From Bdellovibrionales bacterium (GTDB lineage: Bacteria > Bdellovibrionota > Bdellovibrionia > Bdellovibrionales > UBA1609), in assembly GCA_965247685.1 (NCBI GenBank), contig OZ252021.1, positions 1,170,001-1,202,000 on the forward strand: 32,000 nt of DNA. The letters run 5' to 3'. Positions 7,255 through 15,436 of this stretch are shown in pieces (positions within the stretch are counted from its first letter, which is position 1; every line of letters starts with the position of its first letter). Under the pieces are notes generated by a model, which saw only the letters and a list, made by a program, of their open reading frames with translations, was not told the origin of the DNA and ran no database searches. The position numbers and the translations under genes were made by a program.

Positions 7255-7641
7255 TTATCCGATCATTTTATCCATTTTTTTCTCCATTCGTTTTTGCCTT
7301 TCTTCCATTCGTTTGTCCCTCTTATCCCTCTCTCTCTCTTTCTCTTCTCTTTTTTCGTTGTCCTTCATCCGTATACATCCGTCAATCACAAATAAAGTAA
7401 GAGCTATACACGCAGAGACTCCTATACCCACGCCGCTTGCAACCTGAACACCACCAGAAGTTACAACTATTACCGGAATACCGTTGACTGCTAGACTGCC
7501 CGATAAACCACCACTTAGACTACCTAATCCTACAATTTCTGGAACAAAGAATACTCCAAGAATAGCTGTCGTTATAACTCCAATATTTGCCAAAATTTCC
7601 CAATCATTTGTACCTTCATCCCATTTCATATTCTGGAGCAT
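7255..7641 (-). CDS. Glycine-rich multi-TM protein carrying the same E/R/K family tail (128 aa), family member 2 / chimera
   Basis: The N-terminal ~95 aa is Gly/Val/Ile-rich (GLGSLSGGLSGSLAVNGIPVIVVTSGGVQVASGVGIGVSACIAL). The C-terminus ...EKREEKERERDKRDKRMEERQKRMEKKMDKMIG uses 21-bp units at 7284-7325 homologous to those of the neighbours. Confidence 0.65.
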   Translation of the reverse strand: MLQNMKWDEGTNDWEILANIGVITTAILGVFFVPEIVGLGSLSGGLSGSLAVNGIPVIVVTSGGVQVASGVGIGVSACIALTLFVIDGCIRMKDNEKREEKERERDKRDKRMEERQKRMEKKMDKMIG

Positions 7642-7719
7642 AAAATCTCTATTTTCATGTAAAAGATGAATTTTTTCACTACATCTTGTACAACAATCTC
7701 CATATCTATTTTTCCTTGT

Positions 7720-7791
7720 TCATGAAAACACTTGAAACAGTAAGAAGACATAATTCAAAAAATATCTGAATTTTTTATTTTCTGTAAACAT
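7720..7791 (-). other. 23-codon ORF with a strong SD and a family-like N-terminus; it ends at a TGA that is in frame with the 128-aa ORF
   Basis: AAAAGGTG SD, then ATG 7791: MFTENKKFRYFLNYVFLLFQVFS-TGA (7722..7720). The same frame continues open (TRKNRYGDCCTRCSEKIHLLHENRDF) into ATG 7641. Confidence 0.35.
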
Positions 7792-7812
7792 TTCTACACC
7801 TTTTAATTGCCT

Positions 7813-8046
7813 CTACGATGCATTTTGCTCATGTTTTTTTTGATTTTCTAGTACTTCTTTTTGCCACTCTATTGTTTCTCTTTGCCTCTCTAATGTTTTT
7901 TTGTTCTCCTCCATCATGGCATTTCGTTCGTCTTGAAACATGTAATAGGAATACCCAATATAAATTGAACCAATAAGGAAACAAATTGAAGCAATAAGAA
8001 TGAACGAGGCAAACAATGTCTAAATTTTTTTATTTTTTGTTAACAT
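7813..8046 (-). pseudogene. Family member 1, interrupted by an in-frame TAG at codon 9 (track ORF 7813..8016 restarts at a TTG)
   Basis: AAGAGGTGGG SD, then ATG 8046: MLTKNKKI-TAG(8022..8020)-TLFASFILIASICFLIGSIYIGYSYYMFQDERNAMMEENKKTLERQRETIEWQKEVLENQKKHEQNAS. This is collinear with the 75/80-aa paralogs. The TTG at 8016 has no SD. Confidence 0.5.
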
Positions 8047-8079
8047 TTTCCCACCTCTTATTTGTCTTTGCCTTGTCCT

Positions 8080-8643
8080 CTAATATTTATTCGAATTGAT
8101 AAGATTTTTGATGTTATTTTTCCACTCCAAACTATCCCATACACGAGGACCAATAATTTTTTGAAAAAGTTTTCCTTTCTTCTCAAATAAAAAAGACTCA
8201 GGCAAAGCTGCAGGATTCAACACACCATAAACCTCTTCACTAGTTGCCACTATGAGATGAGACGGAGGTTTTTGCTGAAATCTATTGAGAAAGTTGCGAA
8301 CTGCGTCTGGAGATTCATTGGTCACTGCAATGAGTGTAAAATCTTTTCTGAGAGACTCTGCAAGTCTCATCATAGATGGAAACTCCTCCACACAGGGGGC
8401 ACACCATGTTGCCCAAATATTAATAAGAACGACATGATCATGAAAATCTGAAAATAAATGTTGTTTTTGATTCAAATCATAAAAAGCAAAATCCATTCGC
8501 CCTTTTTTGAGTTTTTCAATTTTTTTAATTCTTTCAGGCAATGCTTCTTTTTTAATAGATAACCAAATAGCACCTAAAACTAGAGCTAAAAGTAAAGTGA
8601 CTGCAACTCCATCAACAAGATATTTTATAAATGGTACCTTCAT
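8080..8643 (-). CDS. Membrane-anchored TlpA/ResA-family thiol-disulfide oxidoreductase
   Basis: N-terminal TM, then the thioredoxin-fold motif INIWATWCAPCVEEFPSM. It starts 5 nt after the rplQ stop. Confidence 0.85.
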   Translation of the reverse strand: MKVPFIKYLVDGVAVTLLLALVLGAIWLSIKKEALPERIKKIEKLKKGRMDFAFYDLNQKQHLFSDFHDHVVLINIWATWCAPCVEEFPSMMRLAESLRKDFTLIAVTNESPDAVRNFLNRFQQKPPSHLIVATSEEVYGVLNPAALPESFLFEKKGKLFQKIIGPRVWDSLEWKNNIKNLINSNKY

Positions 8644-8648
8644 AAAAA

Positions 8649-9140
8649 CTATGGAATACGATTGATACGGCGAGATTGTTTTTTGATTTTTCTTATTCGT
8701 TTTTTAGTTTTCTTTTTCTGAACATAGCTTTTCTTTTGAAGCTTTTTCTCTTGTTTTTTATCCACTTGTTTTTCTATTGGCTTATAGTCCACGAACTCTA
8801 AATAAGCCATCTCTGCTTTATCCCCATCGCGCTTACCTAGTTTAATAATACGAGTAAAACCACCCGGTCTCTCTTGAAAACGTGTTGAAAGAGTTTGAAC
8901 AATTTTGTTCACAGTTTGAAGTTGAGGATATCGAGATTTAAGCACTCGATAAGCGAGAAGGTTATTTCCTTTACCAATAGTAATAGCTCTTTCCACACGA
9001 CGACGCACTTCTTTAGCTCGATGTAAAGTTGTTTTTATTCTCTCATATTCCACTAAAGAAGAAACTAAACCGCGGAGCAAAGCTGTTCGAGGTCCTAACT
9101 TTAAACCAAAAGAAGAATGTTTTTGACAACGATGCCTCAT
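8649..9140 (-). CDS. rplQ: 50S ribosomal protein L17 with a Lys-rich C-terminal tail
   Basis: [38 protein letters not shown]...GGFTRIIKLGKRDGDKAEMAYLEFVD. TAATG stop/start overlap with rpoA at 9140. The last ~45 aa are a K/Q-rich extension. Confidence 0.95.
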   Translation of the reverse strand: MRHRCQKHSSFGLKLGPRTALLRGLVSSLVEYERIKTTLHRAKEVRRRVERAITIGKGNNLLAYRVLKSRYPQLQTVNKIVQTLSTRFQERPGGFTRIIKLGKRDGDKAEMAYLEFVDYKPIEKQVDKKQEKKLQKKSYVQKKKTKKRIRKIKKQSRRINRIP

Positions 9141-10366
9141 TATTGATCTCTTTCCTCACCATTAGAATTAGAATTAGAATTAGAATTTGAATGGTTTTCA
9201 CTTATCACAGGAGTATCAATTTCTAAATCTGCAATTGGATTTGCAGGTGGAGTGATATCATTATTATGATCAGACTTTTCAGCTACAATTGGATTTGCAG
9301 ATGGAGTGATATCATTATTATGATCAGGCTTTTCAGCTGCAATCGTACTCGCATGAGTCTCTAAATTCTTAGGAGGCCATCCTTCAATCACCATACCGAG
9401 TCCAAGCCCCATAGGAGCTAGAATATCTCGAATTTCGTTCAAAGATTTACGACCAAAGTTTTTTGTCTTAAGCATTTCTTGTTCCGTTTTAGTCACGAGT
9501 TCACCTATGAAGCGAATCTTTGCATTCTTTAAGCAGTTTGCACTTCGAACAGATAATTCCAAATTATCAACAGATTTAAATAAATTCTCATTTAATTCTT
9601 TAAATTCATCATCTTCGGAAGGTTGTTGAGGCTCAATGCCCTCATCAAAATTAATAAAGACCTGTAGCTGTTCTTTGAGGATTTTATAACCAATAGGTAA
9701 AGCCTCAAGAGCTTTAATGGAGCCGTCCGTCCAAACTTCAATTTCTAAAGAATCGTAGTCTGTTCTTTGTCCCACACGCGCACTATTCACATTGTAATTC
9801 ACTCTGCGAATGGGGCTGTGTAAAGCATCCACACCAATATAACCTACAGGAAGTCTACGATCTTTTTCGTTAGATTGAATATAGCCTCGATCAAAAGTTA
9901 CTAAAACTTCTGCAGAAAAATGAGCTTGCTTTCCTAGAGTTGCAATATGTTGATCAGGATTTAAAACAGTGATGTTGGCATTTGTTTCAATATCTGCAGC
10001 TGTCACATTCCCTGGACCTTTTTTTGAAATTTTTAAAAAGAGATCTTCATCGTTTTCTTGATAAAAACGCACTTGTTTTAAATTCAGAATAATATCCGTC
10101 ACATCTTCTAGTACATCTGGTATTGTTGCAAATTCATGCACTATACCCTCAAACTTCACTGCAGAAATAGCAGAACCCATCATGGAGCTCAGCAAGACCC
10201 TGCGAATAGCATTCCCTAGGGTCAACCCATACCCTTTTTCTAAAGGGCGAATATAAAACTTACCATAAGTATCCGTTAAAGTTTTATGATAGACATCAAG
10301 ACCTTTTGGTCGAATAAGGCCTGTCCAATAACGATAGTAATGTTTTTTAACTTCTATTTTTTCCAT
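9140..10366 (-). CDS. rpoA: DNA-directed RNA polymerase subunit alpha with a ~75-aa repeat-containing C-terminal extension
   Basis: The NTD ([17 protein letters not shown]) and CTD ([23 protein letters not shown]...[10 protein letters not shown]) are recognisable. At 408 aa it is longer than the roughly 330 aa I expect for RpoA. Synteny rpsK-rpoA-rplQ. Confidence 0.95.
   Translation of the reverse strand: MEKIEVKKHYYRYWTGLIRPKGLDVYHKTLTDTYGKFYIRPLEKGYGLTLGNAIRRVLLSSMMGSAISAVKFEGIVHEFATIPDVLEDVTDIILNLKQVRFYQENDEDLFLKISKKGPGNVTAADIETNANITVLNPDQHIATLGKQAHFSAEVLVTFDRGYIQSNEKDRRLPVGYIGVDALHSPIRRVNYNVNSARVGQRTDYDSLEIEVWTDGSIKALEALPIGYKILKEQLQVFINFDEGIEPQQPSEDDEFKELNENLFKSVDNLELSVRSANCLKNAKIRFIGELVTKTEQEMLKTKNFGRKSLNEIRDILAPMGLGLGMVIEGWPPKNLETHASTIAAEKPDHNNDITPSANPIVAEKSDHNNDITPPANPIADLEIDTPVISENHSNSNSNSNSNGEERDQ
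9161..9190. repeat. Hexanucleotide repeat (attaga)x4 plus one imperfect unit, encoding (NS)n at the RpoA C-terminus
   Basis: attagaattagaattagaattagaatttga read directly. It translates as [10 protein letters not shown]. Confidence 0.9.
9232..9339. repeat. 54-bp tandem duplication (x2, 3 mismatches) inside the RpoA C-terminal extension
   Basis: Units 9232-9285 and 9286-9339 encode A(A/V)EK(P/S)DHNNDITP(S/P)ANPI twice. Confidence 0.9.
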
Positions 10367-10384
10367 AATTTTCTCCTTATCGTT

Positions 10385-10771
10385 TTAAATTCTTCTTCTT
10401 TTAGGCGGCCGACAGCCATTGTGTGGAATAGGTGTGACATCTCTAAGTGAAGAAACTTTTATCCCCATTGAAGCAATAGTTCGAATAGCCATTTCTCTTC
10501 CACTGCCTGGACCTTTAAGAAATATATCTACAAACCGAACTCCACATTCTTTGGCTTTTTTAACAGCGTCTTCTGCTACAGCTTGTGCAACATAGGGTGT
10601 TCCCTTGCGGCTTCCTTTAAACCCTAAAAGCCCAGAAGAAGACCAACAAAGAGTATTACCTGTTGGATCCGTAAAAGTCACGATAGTGTTTCCAAATCCA
10701 GCTTGAACGTAACAATGCCCCTCAGGGACATTTTTTTTCTCTTTTTTCTTTTTTGGCTTTCTTACTGACAT
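10385..10771 (-). CDS. rpsK: 30S ribosomal protein S11
   Basis: [22 protein letters not shown]...[11 protein letters not shown]...[11 protein letters not shown]. Synteny. Confidence 0.95.
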   Translation of the reverse strand: MSVRKPKKKKEKKNVPEGHCYVQAGFGNTIVTFTDPTGNTLCWSSSGLLGFKGSRKGTPYVAQAVAEDAVKKAKECGVRFVDIFLKGPGSGREMAIRTIASMGIKVSSLRDVTPIPHNGCRPPKRRRI

Positions 10772-10795
10772 TTTATTACCTTTAAAAAAATTCCA

Positions 10796-11179
10796 TTAAG
10801 TTTTAGAAATAGATTGTTTTTTATTCGCTACAGTTTTCTTAGGTCCTTTACGAGTTCGAGCATTTTGCCTTGTATTTTGACCTCGAACTGGAAGCCCTTT
10901 TCGATGGCGAATACCTTTATAAGAACCAATATCCATAAACCTTTTAATAGATAATCCTACATCACGACGAACATCTCCTTCCACTCGATGGTCATTTTCA
11001 ATCACTCTTCGAAGAGAAGCGACATGATCATCATTGAGTTCATAAATTCTCAACGCTGAATCAAAGCCTACTTTTTTACATATATCACGAGCACGGGTTC
11101 GTCCAATGCCATATATGTAAGTCAGAGCCACTTCGACTCTTTTGTTTTTAGGTAAATCTACACCAGCTATACGAGCCAT
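10796..11179 (-). CDS. rpsM: 30S ribosomal protein S13
   Basis: [30 protein letters not shown]... Synteny. Confidence 0.95.
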   Translation of the reverse strand: MARIAGVDLPKNKRVEVALTYIYGIGRTRARDICKKVGFDSALRIYELNDDHVASLRRVIENDHRVEGDVRRDVGLSIKRFMDIGSYKGIRHRKGLPVRGQNTRQNARTRKGPKKTVANKKQSISKT

Positions 11180-11190
11180 AATATCAAACC

Positions 11191-11307
11191 TTAACCTTGT
11201 CTTTGCTTATGTTTAGGGTTTTTTTTGCATATCACACATACAACGCCAGAGCGACGAATCACACGACAGTCTTTACACATTTTTTTTACAGAAGATCTAA
11301 CTTTCAC
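11191..11307 (-). CDS. rpmJ: 50S ribosomal protein L36 (38 aa, GTG start)
   Basis: Not in the track (too short). Hand translation gives (GTG)[48 protein letters not shown] upstream. It sits between adk and rpsM. Confidence 0.85.
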   Translation of the reverse strand: MKVRSSVKKMCKDCRVIRRSGVVCVICKKNPKHKQRQG

Positions 11308-11352
11308 TTTTTTCCTCTATTTTCTATGATTTGTCTACATTAAAGTACATTT

Positions 11353-12021
11353 CTACACTTTTTTAAGCCAATCTTCAAGCCTATCTCTCACCTCTTTCAT
11401 ACTTCCAGAGGCAGAAATTTCAGTCAAAATTCTCTTATTCTTATAATACTGAGTTAATGATTCCTGTTTAGACTCATACTCTCTCAGTCTTTCTCGGACA
11501 ACTTCTTCTTTGTCATCCTCCCTTTGAACTAATTTTTCTCCTGTTTCATCACAGATTCCTTCTTTTTGAGAAGGACGAAAATTTAAATGATATATCCGAC
11601 CACTTCTTAAAGCCACACGACGGCCTGTCACTCTTTTAACGAGTTCTTCTTCAGGCAAAACAAAAATGACAACGTTATGAAGTTGAATTTGTGAAGCTTC
11701 CAACATTTTATCCAAAGACTCCGCTTGAGGAACTGTTCGAGGAAAACCATCCAAAATAAAACCTTGAGATTTTTGATGTGCTGGCTTTAATACATCTTCA
11801 ACCAAATCAATCATAACTCCATCAGGAACCAATAAACCCTGATTCATATATTTTCCTGCCTGTATCCCCAGTGGAGACTGATGGCTCACAGCTTTTCTTA
11901 ATAAATCTCCCGTGCTGACATGCTGCAGACCATACTGTTGAGCTACAAAATCAGCTTGAGTTCCTTTACCAACACCTGGAGCACCCATAAAAATCATATT
12001 CATTTTAGACACGTTTTTCAT
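11353..12021 (-). CDS. adk: Adenylate kinase
   Basis: P-loop MIFMGAPGVGKGTQA, then FILDGFPRTVPQAE. The start is ambiguous (ATG 12021, 12003 or 11997). Confidence 0.9.
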   Translation of the reverse strand: MKNVSKMNMIFMGAPGVGKGTQADFVAQQYGLQHVSTGDLLRKAVSHQSPLGIQAGKYMNQGLLVPDGVMIDLVEDVLKPAHQKSQGFILDGFPRTVPQAESLDKMLEASQIQLHNVVIFVLPEEELVKRVTGRRVALRSGRIYHLNFRPSQKEGICDETGEKLVQREDDKEEVVRERLREYESKQESLTQYYKNKRILTEISASGSMKEVRDRLEDWLKKV

Positions 12022-12033
12022 ACCCTTTCTTGT

Positions 12034-13344
12034 TCAGTATTGAACTCTTCGACTTTTGATGCGAACGCCTCGGACAAAACCTTCATACTTAGCAGATAGC
12101 AAGTGAGATTGAATTTGTTGAGAAGTATCTAAGGCTACACCCACTAAAATCAATAATCCTGTACCACCAAACATAAAAGGAGTCTGAAGTTGACCGACTA
12201 AAATATTAGGAAGAATACATACCAAGCTCAAATAAGTTGCGCCACCTACTGTTAAAAGATCCATAATCCTGTGTATATAGTCCGATGTATGTTTGCCTGC
12301 TCGAATACCTGGAATAAATCCACCATATTTTTTTAAATTATCAGACATTTCCCTCGGGTTAAACACCACTTCCGTGTAAAAGAAACAAAAGAAAACAATC
12401 ATTGCGACAAAGAACAAATTAAACATAGAAGAGTTGGGTGCAAAAAAAGCACCTATATTTTGTAACCACTCTGCACCTACAAATTGGGAAAGGGTTGTTG
12501 GAAACAACAGCAAACTGGAAGCAAAAATAGGGGGAATCACTCCGGATAGATTTAATTTTAAAGGTAAGTGAGAACTTTGTGTTGCAGGCTTTTTACCCAT
12601 AGCTCTTTGAGAATAATGTACAGGTATTCTTCTTTGCCCTGCTTCTATAAAGATGATAACACCCACAACTAATATCATAAAAACTAGAAGACCTAAGCCG
12701 AGTCCACTGCTCATTTCACCACTTCCAATCATTTGAAATAAGTTAATAGCTCCAGACGGTATTCCTGAAGCAATACCTGCAAAAATGATAAGACTCGCTC
12801 CATTTCCAATCCCTTTTTCATTAATTCTCTCTCCAAGCCACATGATTAAACAACTTCCCGTCGTTAAGGTGATGATAGTGAAAACAGAAAAAGGAAGGAT
12901 TCCAAAGTAAGGAGTCACAACAAGAGGCAATCCCTCAGGAGAAGTAGATGAGATTAAAAATTTTGAAATACCATAGCCTTGAATAATAGAAAGTAAAACT
13001 GTGGAGTATCTTGTGTATTGATTAATTTTATTTCGACCGGACTCCCCTTCTTTTTTCAGTTGTTCCAGATAAGGGACTCCAGATTGCAGTAATTGAAAAA
13101 TAATGGAGGCAGTAATGTAAGGAATAATGCCTAAGGCAAAAATACTAAACTGCTCTAAAGCTCCTCCTGTAAAAGTGTTGAGTAAACCGAATATACCACC
13201 ACCTTGAGCACGAAAGAAAGAAAGGACAGCTTGATTATCCACACCTGGTGTTGGAATTTGAACTCCCACACGGTAAATAATCAACACACTTAATGTAAAC
13301 AAAATACGATTTTTTAAATCTTTAGGAAAACTAAAACTCGACAT
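12034..13344 (-). CDS. secY: Preprotein translocase subunit SecY
   Basis: 436 aa, multi-TM, with typical SecY blocks (GIIPYITASII, GERINEKGIGNGASLIIFAGI). Between rplO and adk. Confidence 0.95.
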   Translation of the reverse strand: MSSFSFPKDLKNRILFTLSVLIIYRVGVQIPTPGVDNQAVLSFFRAQGGGIFGLLNTFTGGALEQFSIFALGIIPYITASIIFQLLQSGVPYLEQLKKEGESGRNKINQYTRYSTVLLSIIQGYGISKFLISSTSPEGLPLVVTPYFGILPFSVFTIITLTTGSCLIMWLGERINEKGIGNGASLIIFAGIASGIPSGAINLFQMIGSGEMSSGLGLGLLVFMILVVGVIIFIEAGQRRIPVHYSQRAMGKKPATQSSHLPLKLNLSGVIPPIFASSLLLFPTTLSQFVGAEWLQNIGAFFAPNSSMFNLFFVAMIVFFCFFYTEVVFNPREMSDNLKKYGGFIPGIRAGKHTSDYIHRIMDLLTVGGATYLSLVCILPNILVGQLQTPFMFGGTGLLILVGVALDTSQQIQSHLLSAKYEGFVRGVRIKSRRVQY

Positions 13345-13352
13345 TCATCCTC

Positions 13353-13814
13353 TCACACTGTTTTACTTTTTTTGTTTTCAATAGGTAAAATTTTTCCACC
13401 CAATTTTTCAATAGTAGTTTGGGCTGAAGCACTCCACTGATGAGCTTCTACACGAACAGCTTTTTTCAAGGTCCCTTTGCCCAAAATTTTCACTTTTCTA
13501 TTTTTATGAACCAATCCACGCTGAATAAAATCTGCAATACGAATTTCATCACTGTCAAAGCTATTGAGAGTTTCCAAATTCACAATATCCACTAGAGTTT
13601 TAAAACGACGATTACTAAATCCAAATTTAGGCAAACGACGTGCTAAAGGCATTTGTCCTCCTTCAAAACCACGAGGAATATTCACTCCTGATCGAGCTTT
13701 CTGACCTTTATGACCTTTTGTAGAAGTTCCACCGCGACCACTTCCTTGGCCTCGACCAATTCGTTTAGCCTTTCTTCCGTGGCGAGCTTTTAATTGAGAC
13801 AATAATTTAGACAT
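13353..13814 (-). CDS. rplO: 50S ribosomal protein L15
   Basis: GRGQGSGRGGTSTKGHKGQKARSG...FEGGQMPL. Synteny. Confidence 0.95.
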   Translation of the reverse strand: MSKLLSQLKARHGRKAKRIGRGQGSGRGGTSTKGHKGQKARSGVNIPRGFEGGQMPLARRLPKFGFSNRRFKTLVDIVNLETLNSFDSDEIRIADFIQRGLVHKNRKVKILGKGTLKKAVRVEAHQWSASAQTTIEKLGGKILPIENKKSKTV

Positions 13815-13830
13815 ATATTATACCTTATAA

Positions 13831-14013
13831 TTAACTTTTAGTTTCTATCTTAACTTCTAATAAATGCTTAACTTTTTGAATCTGTCCCCAAGTGGCTTTA
13901 TGGTCAGAAACTTTTCGAATTTGATTCATTTTTCTCAAACCTAAACATCTTAAAGCTTCTTTTTGAGCGGGGCTTCGACCAATTATACTTCTTATTAATT
14001 TTATCATAATCAT
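13831..14013 (-). CDS. rpmD: 50S ribosomal protein L30
   Basis: About 58-60 aa. IKLIRSIIGRSPAQKEALRCLGLRK. Between rpsE and rplO. Confidence 0.9.
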   Translation of the reverse strand: MIMIKLIRSIIGRSPAQKEALRCLGLRKMNQIRKVSDHKATWGQIQKVKHLLEVKIETKS

Positions 14014-14022
14014 ATCTTCACC

Positions 14023-14502
14023 TTAATTTTTTTTCTGTTGATCTTCTTTTCGAATACTCATCAATCGGCTCAAACCATCTAAAGTCGCCTTAACCACATT
14101 ATGGGGGTTACGACTTCCAATTCTTTTTGTTAAAACATCCTTCACACCCACGCACTCTAAAACAGCTCGTACAGGACCGCCAGCAATCACACCTGTTCCT
14201 TGAGAAGCAGGCTTTAATACGACTAAAGCAGCGCCAAATTTTCCTAATACCTCATGAGGCAAGGTGCGGCCTTCTTTTAAAGGAATATTTTTTAAATACT
14301 TCTTAGCAAAACGAGAAGCCTTACTGATAGACTCAGGAACCTCATTAGCCTTGCCCATACCAACTCCCACATTACCTTGACCGTCTCCTACGACAACTAA
14401 AGCTGAAAAAGAAAATCGACGACCACCTTTGACCACTTTCGCTACACGATTAATTGAAATAACTCTTTCTAAAAACTGTTGTTGATTTTCTTCCATACCC
14501 AT
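14023..14502 (-). CDS. rpsE: 30S ribosomal protein S5
   Basis: [39 protein letters not shown]. Synteny. Confidence 0.95.
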   Translation of the reverse strand: MGMEENQQQFLERVISINRVAKVVKGGRRFSFSALVVVGDGQGNVGVGMGKANEVPESISKASRFAKKYLKNIPLKEGRTLPHEVLGKFGAALVVLKPASQGTGVIAGGPVRAVLECVGVKDVLTKRIGSRNPHNVVKATLDGLSRLMSIRKEDQQKKN

Positions 14503-14510
14503 ACCTTTTT

Positions 14511-14885
14511 TTAAAAAACTAAACCTGCTTTTCGAGCACCCTCGGCCACAGCTTTCACACGACCATGATAAACATAACCATTACGATCAAAGACTATCTG
14601 TTGAATACCATTTTTTTGCGCTAATTTGGCTAAATTCTCACCCAGCACTGTAGCCTTCTCACACTGAGTGCCCTTAAAAGAATCCTCTTTCAAAGTACTT
14701 ACACTAGCCAATGTTTTTTGTGCCATATCATCCACTAATTGAGCGTAAATATGTCGATGGCTGCGAAAAACTACAAGCCTTGGACGCTTGGGTGTTCCGG
14801 ATATTTTTTTACGAATAATAGCTTTATTCTTTAATCTTTTGCGAACAGCCGCAGATTGATTTTTTTTAACTTGAAGGCGAATCAT
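14511..14885 (-). CDS. rplR: 50S ribosomal protein L18
   Basis: [19 protein letters not shown]...[24 protein letters not shown]. 4-nt overlap with rplF. Confidence 0.95.
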   Translation of the reverse strand: MIRLQVKKNQSAAVRKRLKNKAIIRKKISGTPKRPRLVVFRSHRHIYAQLVDDMAQKTLASVSTLKEDSFKGTQCEKATVLGENLAKLAQKNGIQQIVFDRNGYVYHGRVKAVAEGARKAGLVF

Positions 14886-15430
14886 TTCTTCTCTGCTCCT
14901 GATTTCCCTGCTTTTTTAACAACAACTTCATCTGTATATCTGACGCCTTTTCCTAAATAAGGCTCAAGAGGACGAACACTGCGAATTTGTGCGGCCACCT
15001 GTCCGACTTTCTGACGATCCACACCTTTAATGTGAATCTGAGATTGTTTATCAACACTAATCTCAATTCCATCCGGAATGTTGAAGATAACAGGAAGAGA
15101 GTAACCAAAATTCATTTCTAATTTTTTTCCAGATACTGCGGCTTTATAACCAACACCACTAAATTTTAAGCTTTTAGACCAACCCTTTGTAAGACCATGA
15201 ACTGCATTTTGTATTAAAGATCTATACAAACCATGAAAAGCCTTTGTTTTATAATGATCATTTTTCCTATTTAAAATAATTTGAGAATCCTTATTGAACA
15301 CTTCAATAGAAGGATGAACGAGTACACTCAAAGTATGATCTCCTTTTTTCAAAGATACTTCATTACTTTCACTAATCCGGCATTCTAAACCGGACTCTAA
15401 AATAACAGGTTTTTTACCAATTCTAGACAT
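14882..15430 (-). CDS. rplF: 50S ribosomal protein L6
   Basis: MSRIGKKPV...EPYLGKGVRY. Synteny. Confidence 0.95.
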   Translation of the reverse strand: MSRIGKKPVILESGLECRISESNEVSLKKGDHTLSVLVHPSIEVFNKDSQIILNRKNDHYKTKAFHGLYRSLIQNAVHGLTKGWSKSLKFSGVGYKAAVSGKKLEMNFGYSLPVIFNIPDGIEISVDKQSQIHIKGVDRQKVGQVAAQIRSVRPLEPYLGKGVRYTDEVVVKKAGKSGAEKK

Positions 15431-15436
15431 TAATCC

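Noticed and set aside
7200-7669. Plus-strand ORFs 7200..7400 and 7484..7669
   Set aside because: They are the mirror image of the minus-strand repeat-encoded genes. Their F/S/P/L-rich translations come from reading the 21-bp repeats backwards.
7720-7722. Selenocysteine recoding at the in-frame TGA
   Set aside because: There is no convincing SECIS-like hairpin directly after the TGA, and no sel genes in the window. The neighbouring paralog is interrupted by TAG instead, which favours decay. It is kept only as something to exclude.
8020-8022. TAG reassignment or readthrough as a genome-wide feature
   Set aside because: rplQ (8649) and both secreted paralogs (653, 4034) terminate at TAG at the expected protein ends, so TAG is a normal stop.
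1-8079. Calling the accessory region a defined mobile element or genomic island
   Set aside because: There is no integrase, transposase, tRNA target or flanking direct repeats in the window. Only indirect signs are present: AT-richness, the methyltransferase stump and the duplications.
8257-8451. 64-aa plus-strand ORF
   Set aside because: It is antisense to the TlpA-like gene. It is a shadow ORF.
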